Shown: positions 7,752-14,787, numbered from the stretch's first letter. The stretch: DNA of 20,000 nucleotides from an uncultured virus (IMG/VR IMGVR_UViG_3300042691_022988) (IMGVR_UViG_3300042691_022988), one strand, 5' to 3'. A program made the numbers and translations. The notes: a model not told the origin generated them from the sequence alone.

Positions 7752-8299
7752 TATTTTTTACCTTTTCGTACTTCTTTTTTAAACGCAGCACGTTGAGAAA
7801 TAGGGTTACTCAAAACGTATTTGCGTGTTTCTTGATTCTTTGCAGAGTTAGCCTCAACCTGGTATGATCTTCCTCCCTTAGTTTTTCCCTTACCGGCAGG
7901 GATTCGAAGATTGCGAGTATGGGCAGTAACGGCTGATTTACGAGATGTCATAGTCTTTTCAACACCACGCTTACCCTCTCCAGAGCGAGTCACAGTCTTG
8001 CGACGAACCATTGATGGAGTAGAAACAACCTTTGTCTTCTTATCAGACGCGCTGTCGTAACCAAACTGCTTTTTTGGGTTAGCAACATTTTTCTCCATCT
8101 GCATCTGACGACGAGGAGTATCCTTACTACGCTCAGTCAAAAATGGCTTGCTTTCCCCCTTACGATACTCTTTGTAAGTCTTCTTATTTAAGCGAGGACC
8201 AGAAACCTCCTTTGACTTGTACTCATAGCCGGAACCGCTCTCCCCGCTACTCTTGGTAACAGTGCGACCCAGTAAGTTTTTTCTGATTTTTTCGGGCAT
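7751..8299 (-). CDS. Basic protein, paralog of 8589-9023
   Basis: MPEKIRKNLLGRTVTKSSG N-terminus; TAATG coupling. Confidence 0.8.
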   Translation of the reverse strand: MPEKIRKNLLGRTVTKSSGESGSGYEYKSKEVSGPRLNKKTYKEYRKGESKPFLTERSKDTPRRQMQMEKNVANPKKQFGYDSASDKKTKVVSTPSMVRRKTVTRSGEGKRGVEKTMTSRKSAVTAHTRNLRIPAGKGKTKGGRSYQVEANSAKNQETRKYVLSNPISQRAAFKKEVRKGKK

Positions 8300-8589
8300 T
8301 ACTTTTTCTTGGTTTTTGACTTTCCGGTTTGTCTTCCAGGAGTCATCATGTTTTGAATTCTTACTTTCTTCTTTTCAAGCTGACCAAGTTTACCCTGGGC
8401 CAGACTCGATTCAGAAACCCCAGTAATTCTACTAGCAGCCCTGTTCAAGTATTCCTCCTTGTTCAGCCCAGCCTGATTAGATTTCAACTTCGATATCTTT
8501 GTTTCAACCTTCTTCAGCTTAGCCTCGTTTCTCTGTTTTAGAGTCTTAGGCTTGGGAAAACTTTTTGAACCGTTTGATCGTGATTTCAT
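8299..8589 (-). CDS. Basic protein
   Basis: 27 of 96 residues are K+R; TAATG coupling. Confidence 0.75.
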   Translation of the reverse strand: MKSRSNGSKSFPKPKTLKQRNEAKLKKVETKISKLKSNQAGLNKEEYLNRAASRITGVSESSLAQGKLGQLEKKKVRIQNMMTPGRQTGKSKTKKK

Positions 8590-9023
8590 TATTTGTTCTT
8601 TTTGATTTGACGACGAAATTCAGCAGCCTGACGCAAAGCGCCCATATTGGTCCTCGTAGAAGTCTCGCCAGGCTTTCTTGTTTCAACCGAACGTACTTTA
8701 CCTGATCTCCCTCTTACTGTTTGTTTTTCAGTAGTAACTCCACCAGATAGTCCTGCCTTACCGACCTTTCTTCTCGTTACATCAGATTTACCAGCTGGAT
8801 AATCGTATTTAATTTTTTCCCTTACAGACTTATTGTTTTCGGACCTTTTCAAAGTACGAACAGTACCATCCGATAGTACCGACTTGGTTTTTGCCTTTAA
8901 CTTTATAGACTCGCCCCTAGAATTTTTAACTAACTTTCTTTTAAATTCTACACCGCTAGAGTTTACTCCAGACGTTTTAGTTACGGTGCGACCTAGCAAG
9001 TTCTTTTTAATTTTTTCTGGCAT
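8589..9023 (-). CDS. Basic protein, paralog of 7751-8299
   Basis: MPEKIKKNLLGRTVTKTSG N-terminus. Confidence 0.8.
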   Translation of the reverse strand: MPEKIKKNLLGRTVTKTSGVNSSGVEFKRKLVKNSRGESIKLKAKTKSVLSDGTVRTLKRSENNKSVREKIKYDYPAGKSDVTRRKVGKAGLSGGVTTEKQTVRGRSGKVRSVETRKPGETSTRTNMGALRQAAEFRRQIKKNK

Positions 9024-9033
9024 ATCCTTATTT

Positions 9034-9357
9034 TTAGAATTTTGATCTCGTTGATGGCGAATGCTTCTCCTTCTCCTTGCGACGGAACTCCTCCATCTCC
9101 TCCTTACGCTTGGCTACCTGCTTAGGCGTTAAAACCTTATTCTTCTCGCCGGTAGAAGCAGACGAAGTCTTTACAGTATAACCCTTCGAACCAGCACCAG
9201 ATCCGCCACCCCCAGTGTCATATGCAGCGCACCCATCCTTACTACAACTCATACTGACCTCCTGGTCCTTAGCGTCCTTCTTCTTTTTCTTCTTCAAGAA
9301 CTGACTCACATAACTGGCGCCAAACATATTGTCGCGATAATCTTGAGATGCTTCCAT
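9034..9357 (-). CDS. Low-complexity charged protein, first gene of the basic operon
   Basis: MEASQDYRDNMFG... The start at 9357 lies just downstream of promoter 9372-9379. Contains a K7 run, CSKDGC and a Gly-rich linker. Confidence 0.7.
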   Translation of the reverse strand: MEASQDYRDNMFGASYVSQFLKKKKKKDAKDQEVSMSCSKDGCAAYDTGGGGSGAGSKGYTVKTSSASTGEKNKVLTPKQVAKRKEEMEEFRRKEKEKHSPSTRSKF

Positions 9358-9371
9358 GGAGCTTTTTTTTA

Positions 9372-9402
9372 CAAATATACACGGATGCACATAATAATCA
9401 AA
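9372..9402 (-). promoter_or_regulatory. Bacteroidetes promoter driving the basic-protein operon
   Basis: Minus strand TTTG-19 nt-TATATTTG. Confidence 0.8.
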
Positions 9403-9523
9403 AAAAATCATAATACCAGGATGGTTGGGAAAATCGTTGACCAACTAGGGTTGGGGTCACCCCCCCCGGCAGGCGGTTACGCGACCCGACCCGAAGTCGA
9501 TTTGGCAACAGGGGTGGGGTACT

Positions 9524-9708
9524 TAACACCCTGATTTGCAGCCTGTTATGCCACCAAGGCCAACTGCTTGACCCTCAGGTAGATATAGCACACAGCACAC
9601 AGCCCGATGCGCGGCAACTTGTCTCCGCTCGGTGGAGAAAGTAGACTAACCCATTGATAATCAACCCGTTTGCATAAACGTCACAACGTGTTAAGTATCA
9701 GCACGTTA
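9524..9708. repeat. Three 25-bp quasi-palindromes containing IHF-like sites
   Basis: TAAC-ACC-CTGA-TTT-GCAG-CCT-GTTA (9524-9548), TAAC-CCA-TTGA-TAA-TCAA-CCC-GTTT (9647-9671), CAAC-GTG-TTAA-GTA-TCAG-CAC-GTTA (9684-9708). Each has WATCAR-N4-TTR on one strand. Confidence 0.6.
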
Positions 9709-10242
9709 CACCATGCATGACCATGCCCGCTAGATACTGCAAGCACCCCGCCCGATGCCCTAGAAACCACACGGCCTGAACGCCTGAAAACCCCGCCATT
9801 CCTGAGAACCATGCAAGGCTCGGAAATTCTGCTTGGGGTAACCTAGATTGAGTTGGCCTAATGTGCGGGCGTGCACGAGTGCTTTATGTGCTCTCTCTCC
9901 TGTCTCTTGGTGTGTGTGTGTTATTACATAGGGTGGATTGTGGGTTATTTGCCCGCGCATGGCCTGTCCTTTGCCTGCTGTTTGGCTGTCCTGTTTTACC
10001 CTGTCTGATGTCTCCTGATTGCTCACCTGTAGACCGCTTCCCAGGACGCATACGCTTTTTGTTGATTTTCGCTCTCAAACCCGCGCTGTGCCTGTCCTAG
10101 AGAACATCTGATGCTGTTTTTGGGTTTTGGCCTGTTTCTACCCCTGTTCACCCCCTCCCCTAGCTGTGAGAAACGCCCATTTCTGACTATTTCCCGCCGG
10201 CCTGAATCCCTTGTCCTACGCGGCTTTCAGCACCATTGCTTA

Positions 10243-10273
10243 CAAAGATAGTCAATGTTTTCGCGGCTTCCAA
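10243..10273 (-). promoter_or_regulatory. Leftward Bacteroidetes promoter reading into the non-coding region
   Basis: Minus strand TTG-20 nt-TATCTTTG (10243-10250). Confidence 0.6.
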
Positions 10274-10295
10274 GAAATAACGTAAAAAAGATTAA

Positions 10296-10350
10296 AATTC
10301 GTCGATGATAAATTATAATTCGTCGACACTTTTTGTCAGTTAGGCGAATT
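10296..10350. repeat. Direct repeat AATTCGTCGA x2 (21-bp period) plus an inverted half-site
   Basis: Copies at 10296-10305 and 10317-10326; CGAATT at 10345-10350. Confidence 0.6.
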
Positions 10351-10458
10351 TATTGCCTTTGGCTGTAATTCAGTTATTGGATAGACGTGGCGCGGGTTTC
10401 AAAAAAGCAAATCTCTGAACACCGCATAAACACAGGTCGTTTAGAAGGTCTTTAAAAC

Positions 10459-10491
10459 TTGATTTAGAACTTAGATATCCCCTTATCTTTG
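10459..10491 (+). promoter_or_regulatory. Putative major early promoter
   Basis: TTG (10459-10461) and TATCTTTG (10484-10491); heads the long + strand gene array. Confidence 0.75.
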
Positions 10492-10496
10492 CCACC

Positions 10497-10971
10497 GTTC
10501 AACGGAACAACGGAGTGCTCAAATCACCCGCAATAGTAATACCTCGTGAGACGTGTGAAATTGAAAGATAGCTAGCAGTTCTGATTCCCTCTCTGCAACA
10601 ATCAAAAGAGGGTGAGCGCTTAGGCAACGAAGCGACGGGAGTTCGCCCGCAAATAGCCGACAACATTCGGCAACCTGTCAGTAGCAAGGTTAGGAGCTAC
10701 AGGTTAAACGAACGAGAACCCTGCAAATAGCAGGGGACTACAAAAGCCGAGTCTTGGGACTATACGCGGTGACCCCTAACGGGAGAGCGGATGAGTACAG
10801 CGGTAAACAAGTAGCACAGCTATGCGTATGTGACAACGTATGGCTGTGTGTATCAATACTACAGCGCAACGGCGCAAATTCAATACAACTATAGCAACGA
10901 CGCATGGTGCGGCAAGCCTAGATGACTGAGGTCGCTAGTCTCGCAGGGGGTTCGAGTCCCCCCGTTGTTCT
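10497..10971 (+). ncRNA. Candidate ~470-nt structured non-coding RNA or leader
   Basis: No + strand ORF in the track. Consecutive hairpins at 10587-10612, 10617-10634, 10636-10649, 10656-10671, 10672-10705, 10719-10735 and 10815-10848. 5' GAACAACGG (10505-10513) is complementary to 3' CCGTTGTTC (10962-10970). Confidence 0.6.
10893..10970 (+). ncRNA. tRNA-like structure 1 (non-canonical, no true anticodon arm)
   Basis: Acceptor AGCAACG/CGTTGTT; mini D-arm CGCA-TGG-TGCG; long arm closed by a TGAG loop; T-arm GGGGG-TTCGAGT-CCCCC; no CCA. Confidence 0.7.
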
Positions 10972-10991
10972 AACACTTAAAACACAACATC

Positions 10992-11471
10992 ATGAACATG
11001 ACAAAAGGCACAGCCTTCGAAGTTGAAATCTTCAAGCAAATGAACTTATCACAGGAAGTAATTGAGCAGCACATATACGACTATGCGCCAATCATGAAAC
11101 TGATACCGCTCACAACTGATGAAATCAGGGAACAGGGTAGAGACTACAACCCTAGAGAATGGGACAGGGTCATTGACAGGATGCTCAACTACAACGGTAT
11201 CAAGTGGTTCAAACGTGACAGGAACGAGAGTTCAAACGGCTACGATGAGTACTTCGCGGTATTCAGCAACAGCGCAGGCGTCAAGGTAATCAATCACGTG
11301 TCATACAGCGCGTCCATGACCAACACTCCGTGGGTCGAGGTTGCTATCGACGAGGACAACATCCTGCACTACAACCGCCGCTCAATTCGCTTCAAGCGCA
11401 ACGACGAGGCTAGGGACTACCTAGCAGAGCAAAGCAAGACAAGCGGTCGCATCTACACGACAATCTTCTGA
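10992..11471 (+). CDS. Early hypothetical protein
   Basis: 159 aa with an A/C-rich leader; its stop TGA abuts hammerhead 1. Confidence 0.8.
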   Translation: MNMTKGTAFEVEIFKQMNLSQEVIEQHIYDYAPIMKLIPLTTDEIREQGRDYNPREWDRVIDRMLNYNGIKWFKRDRNESSNGYDEYFAVFSNSAGVKVINHVSYSASMTNTPWVEVAIDEDNILHYNRRSIRFKRNDEARDYLAEQSKTSGRIYTTIF

Positions 11472-11523
11472 GGTTAACTGATGAGACTTCAATAGTCGAA
11501 ACTGCCTACGGGCAGTCTTAACC
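11472..11523 (+). ncRNA. Type I hammerhead ribozyme 1
   Basis: GGTTAA-CTGATGA-GAC-TTCAATA-GTC-GAA-ACTGCC-TACG-GGCAGT-C-TTAACC. Full catalytic core; GUC cleavage after 11517. Confidence 0.93.
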
Positions 11524-11532
11524 AATAGCAAT

Positions 11533-11694
11533 ATGAAAGCAATCCAATCCCTCGCATCATTCGCAATGGTGCTGTTCTTTTTCCTGAGCACGATAGTCGC
11601 GCCAATGGCCGGCATTTGGTTCTTACTGCCGCTGACTATCCTGTGCCTGAACCTGAGCCTGAACCTATTCGTTCAAATTCATAATTCCAAGTAA
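11533..11694 (+). CDS. 53-aa two-TM membrane protein (missed by the ORF track)
   Basis: MKAIQSLASFAMVLFFFLSTIVAPMAGIWFLLPLTILCLNLSLNLFVQIHNSK*; fills the gap up to ATG 11696. Confidence 0.7.
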   Translation: MKAIQSLASFAMVLFFFLSTIVAPMAGIWFLLPLTILCLNLSLNLFVQIHNSK

Positions 11695-11695
11695 C

Positions 11696-11887
11696 ATGAC
11701 TGAGAAATTCTACTTCCGCAAACTAGGCGGTTGGCCGTTCGAAATGGAGGCCACAATCAACGATGGCCGCCACCGAGCAAACTTCCTAGCGGCCATGAAG
11801 CGCAAGCGTTTCATACAGGTCGACGAGGCCGAGTACATCAAGGACAGCAGACTGCGCTCGATGTACGCATCAATGTTCCACAAGTAA
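11696..11887 (+). CDS. Early hypothetical protein
   Basis: 63 aa, coupled to the upstream stop. Confidence 0.7.
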   Translation: MTEKFYFRKLGGWPFEMEATINDGRHRANFLAAMKRKRFIQVDEAEYIKDSRLRSMYASMFHK

Positions 11888-11906
11888 TCAATAAACAGTA
11901 ATCGAT

Positions 11907-12233
11907 ATGACAACACAAGAATTCATTCAGCAAATGGGCAAGATGCCTGTTGCAAACTACAACGACGGCACAATTCACTTCGAGAATGGCCTCGAAATCA
12001 GCCACAGCGTTAAGCTAGCAGAATGGCAAGGCGACTTGCCTCTGCAAATGGTCGTGCGGGTATCTTTCCAAGGCGACTACGTTATGACGTGGGGCGCTGA
12101 GACTGACGAAGACAATCGACAGCTAGTGTATATGTGGCGCACGTTGAAAAGCCGCGCACAGGAGCGTTCAAAGGACATACAGCAGTACAACTCCCGTACA
12201 GGTTACGAACTGCTCATGAAGGGGCTGCAATAG
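11907..12233 (+). CDS. Early hypothetical protein
   Basis: 108 aa; its stop TAG overlaps hammerhead 2. Confidence 0.8.
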   Translation: MTTQEFIQQMGKMPVANYNDGTIHFENGLEISHSVKLAEWQGDLPLQMVVRVSFQGDYVMTWGAETDEDNRQLVYMWRTLKSRAQERSKDIQQYNSRTGYELLMKGLQ

Positions 12234-12291
12234 GTAAACTGATGAGGCTTCAATAGCCGAAACCACGGGGCTTGCCCCTGTGGTCTTTACC
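12233..12291 (+). ncRNA. Type I hammerhead ribozyme 2
   Basis: GGTAAA-CTGATGA-GGC-TTCAATA-GCC-GAA-ACCACGGGG-CTTG-CCCCTGTGGT-C-TTTACC. GUC cleavage after 12285; stems covary with copy 1. Confidence 0.93.
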
Positions 12292-12303
12292 AATACTAAC
12301 GAT

Positions 12304-12588
12304 ATGAAAGCAACAATCGAAATCACGTCGACCTACGGGTTCGACCACTATTGGACACTAGTGTGTTCAACACCTAAGACAACCAAGAGTTTCTACCTAG
12401 GACAGGACTGCAAATTCTGCGAACGAATACTAGGTATGAATACTGCGTGGGTTGCCCGCGAGATTGGCACGAACAGGCTCGACACCGAGGCAGGCCGCGA
12501 GAAACTAGCCAAGTACATCTGCTCTACGCTAGGCATCAACGGACGTACAATGAAACAATATCAATCATGGTCGCTCTGCGCCCAATAA
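12304..12588 (+). CDS. Early hypothetical protein
   Basis: True start is likely ATG 12304 (MKATIEIT...), because the GTG at 12280 lies inside the ribozyme. Confidence 0.8.
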   Translation: MKATIEITSTYGFDHYWTLVCSTPKTTKSFYLGQDCKFCERILGMNTAWVAREIGTNRLDTEAGREKLAKYICSTLGINGRTMKQYQSWSLCAQ

Positions 12589-12600
12589 ACCAACAACACC

Positions 12601-12855
12601 ATGTTACACAACGAGCATCTAAGCAAGGCGGATGAACTATACGAGGTTCGCCACGACAACAACGGCAACGCTATCCATGTATTCATCAAGGACGGCGAGG
12701 CAATCATCTTTCAGAACCTGCATGACTTTGTCATGAGAATCTATTACGGCAAAGAGGTCGAGCGATTCTACCTCAGCGAAGAGGAACTGACCGATATGTA
12801 CAATAGCAACGATTACGAGTATTACGAACTAAAATCAAAATACAGCCATGAGTAA
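12601..12855 (+). CDS. Acidic early protein
   Basis: 84 aa with an A/C-rich leader. Confidence 0.75.
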   Translation: MLHNEHLSKADELYEVRHDNNGNAIHVFIKDGEAIIFQNLHDFVMRIYYGKEVERFYLSEEELTDMYNSNDYEYYELKSKYSHE

Positions 12856-13150
12856 CATTGAAAGATTCGCACGCATATGCAGTGCAACCAACGAGGGCAT
12901 GAATGAGGGCTTCCTGTTCGAAGAGAGCCTCATGTACTTCATCGAGAAGGACGATGCCGAACGCTACGCCATCGAGATTGGCTACGCTGACCTTGACGAG
13001 GCATACGACGACGATGCCTACTGCTACACGGAGTGGGATTGGGAAGACGAGGGTGAGTGGTACGAGAAGCACGACGGAGTATGGTACGAATGTACCAACG
13101 ACAGCAAGGTCGAAGTTAACATGAACAGCAACCTATTTTGGAAACAATAA
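12848..13150 (+). CDS. Highly acidic early protein (DNA-mimic candidate)
   Basis: 27 D/E versus 7 K/R in 100 aa; aromatic-rich. Confidence 0.75.
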   Translation: MSNIERFARICSATNEGMNEGFLFEESLMYFIEKDDAERYAIEIGYADLDEAYDDDAYCYTEWDWEDEGEWYEKHDGVWYECTNDSKVEVNMNSNLFWKQ

Positions 13151-13151
13151 C

Positions 13152-13436
13152 ATGAAGACAAAGCAAATCGTCGACGCGTACGTTAACGCTATCAACTCCG
13201 GAATTTGGGACTATCCCAATGGCCACGAGTTCAACAGCCCTGCTGAAATCTACAAGCTAGTGTGCGAGGGTAAAACAATCTACCACTTCGGACGCGAGGC
13301 CGTGATACACTACGGCTCGATGACGGGTGCGCTGATGGCATTCGGTGGCATCGGGTACACTTCGCAGTCAACTCGCAAGGCAATTAGAACAGCAGTATTG
13401 TATGCTCAGAAAGTAAGTCAAACCAATAACAACTAA
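13152..13436 (+). CDS. Early hypothetical protein
   Basis: 94 aa, coupled. Confidence 0.75.
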   Translation: MKTKQIVDAYVNAINSGIWDYPNGHEFNSPAEIYKLVCEGKTIYHFGREAVIHYGSMTGALMAFGGIGYTSQSTRKAIRTAVLYAQKVSQTNNN

Positions 13437-13441
13437 GCAAT

Positions 13442-13693
13442 ATGGACAACATCAAAATCACAGCAGACGGCTTCGTGTGGCTCATCGTCACGGACGTAGC
13501 AGAGAAACTTTACTACAGCAATGCCATGCAGGTTTACCGCCTGTACGATGACGGCACAGAGGCTCTCATCCTTGACTTCAGAGAACTGCAAGATGCACTA
13601 GCAGCAGGCAACGACATCGGGGTCGAGATTGCCCCGTTATGGAAACTTGTAGATTCACATCATTATCAAGCACTAAACAAATACAATCAATGA
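13442..13693 (+). CDS. Early hypothetical protein
   Basis: 83 aa; DGFVWLIVT...LYDDGTEALI. Confidence 0.75.
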   Translation: MDNIKITADGFVWLIVTDVAEKLYYSNAMQVYRLYDDGTEALILDFRELQDALAAGNDIGVEIAPLWKLVDSHHYQALNKYNQ

Positions 13694-14199
13694 CAACACA
13701 ACAGCAACACATCATCAACTCGCTTGTAGCTGAGTTCGAACGAATCAACAATCCAAGACCAAATGGCTTCGCTCGTATAGGCGAGGCACTTGACAAGTGT
13801 GACGAATGGTCAACACTATTCGCGCAGGTTACAGCATCCAATGCCCGATATACATACCTCCGCGAGCAGATGATTGAAACCGATTACAATCGACTTGTCG
13901 AAGAGTGTAGACTCGCTGGCCTTAATCTTCGCATTACCACAAACGATGACTACATCTATATTGATATGCAAGGCACATATCAGACTGACCATGCGATTAA
14001 AATCCACTATTGGTTTGATACGAAAATGCACATGAGTGCCGCACGACAATCAATTAACGAAGTCAAGTCAATACGCCTTCATTCGTATCAAGCCACATCG
14101 AATTTCAGCGACAGCTTCGCGTCCATCGATAGCTTGTTTCTACATGAAACATTCTTCCGCAATTGGACTAAGCTAATTGAACTCTCACGCAATAATTAA
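13690..14199 (+). CDS. Early hypothetical protein
   Basis: ATGA overlap at 13690-13693 gives the MTTQQQ start. Confidence 0.75.
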   Translation: MTTQQQHIINSLVAEFERINNPRPNGFARIGEALDKCDEWSTLFAQVTASNARYTYLREQMIETDYNRLVEECRLAGLNLRITTNDDYIYIDMQGTYQTDHAIKIHYWFDTKMHMSAARQSINEVKSIRLHSYQATSNFSDSFASIDSLFLHETFFRNWTKLIELSRNN

Positions 14200-14220
14200 A
14201 CACAACACACAACAACGCAA

Positions 14221-14361
14221 ATGAAACACTTCAGTATATACCGAAACATCCCTTTCTTAGACTGCAAGGGATTAGGCTTCCATTACCAACGAATAGGCAA
14301 CAGGTATTGGATAGACGTACCATTCATAAGTATCACATTTAAAATTATAAATAACAAATAA
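14221..14361 (+). CDS. 46-aa hypothetical protein (missed by the ORF track)
   Basis: MKHFSIYRNIPFLDCKGLGFHYQRIGNRYWIDVPFISITFKIINNK* after a CAACAACGCAA leader. Confidence 0.6.
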   Translation: MKHFSIYRNIPFLDCKGLGFHYQRIGNRYWIDVPFISITFKIINNK

Positions 14362-14374
14362 ACACAACAACGAA

Positions 14375-14605
14375 ATGAAAATCTTATTCTTCGCGGCCAT
14401 GATGGTCGCACAGCACTGCGCGGACACGCGCTTCAAAGAAATGCAAGACGACGGCACAATCGTGTACGAAGGGGAGGACGAGGACACAGGCAGAGCGATG
14501 TTCACTATCATTCTTCCTGACACGACCATCCACTACGCTTACGAGGCCGAGGTCAAGCAGTTCATCAAAACCGGAAATTTCACCTATAACGACCAATTAC
14601 AATGA
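14375..14605 (+). CDS. Hypothetical protein with a signal-peptide-like N-terminus
   Basis: MKILFFAAMMVAQHCA... Confidence 0.7.
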   Translation: MKILFFAAMMVAQHCADTRFKEMQDDGTIVYEGEDEDTGRAMFTIILPDTTIHYAYEAEVKQFIKTGNFTYNDQLQ

Positions 14606-14787
14606 AGCACACACTTCGAATTGAGCCACTCCTTTGGCTCGCCTACATCGCTGCAATCATTACAGCAGCCGTACTCATGAGTTCATGCAGTACCTCACGT
14701 CGAAACAACTACCAAGACCATCTCCGATCGACCCCGACTGAAAACTGGGTGCGCCACGATAATGGTGGATGTGGTTGGCACAACTAA
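14602..14787 (+). CDS. Small putative lipoprotein
   Basis: Hydrophobic stretch followed by a lipobox-like LMSSC; ATGA overlap. Confidence 0.65.
   Translation: MKHTLRIEPLLWLAYIAAIITAAVLMSSCSTSRRNNYQDHLRSTPTENWVRHDNGGCGWHN

Noticed and set aside
6516..9045. Plus-strand ORFs (6516-6824, 6583-6891, 8329-8541, 8833-9045) and minus ORF 7493-7714
   Set aside because: Antisense or off-frame shadows of the coupled basic-protein operon.
9358..9444. N-terminal extension of ORF 9034-9444
   Set aside because: It spans the promoter at 9372-9402, so ATG 9357 is the plausible start.
9343..10100. ORFs 9343-9534, 9760-10026, 9861-10100 and 9884-10078
   Set aside because: Mutually overlapping, lack the A/C-rich leaders used elsewhere, and their translation reflects the CCTG/TG repeats.
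10788..10812. CGGATGAG-TAC-AGCG-GTA-AAC, hammerhead-like segment in the leader RNA
   Set aside because: Core deviates (CGGAUGA, no CGAAA) and no flanking stems with a UH site were found.
10497..10971. tmRNA or canonical tRNA gene
   Set aside because: No GGGG 5' end, G3-U70 alanine identity or CCA. The local cloverleaf lacks a 7-nt anticodon loop and a normal D-arm.
11472..12291. CRISPR-like repeat array
   Set aside because: Only two imperfect copies ~760 nt apart, separated by genes; they fold as hammerheads.
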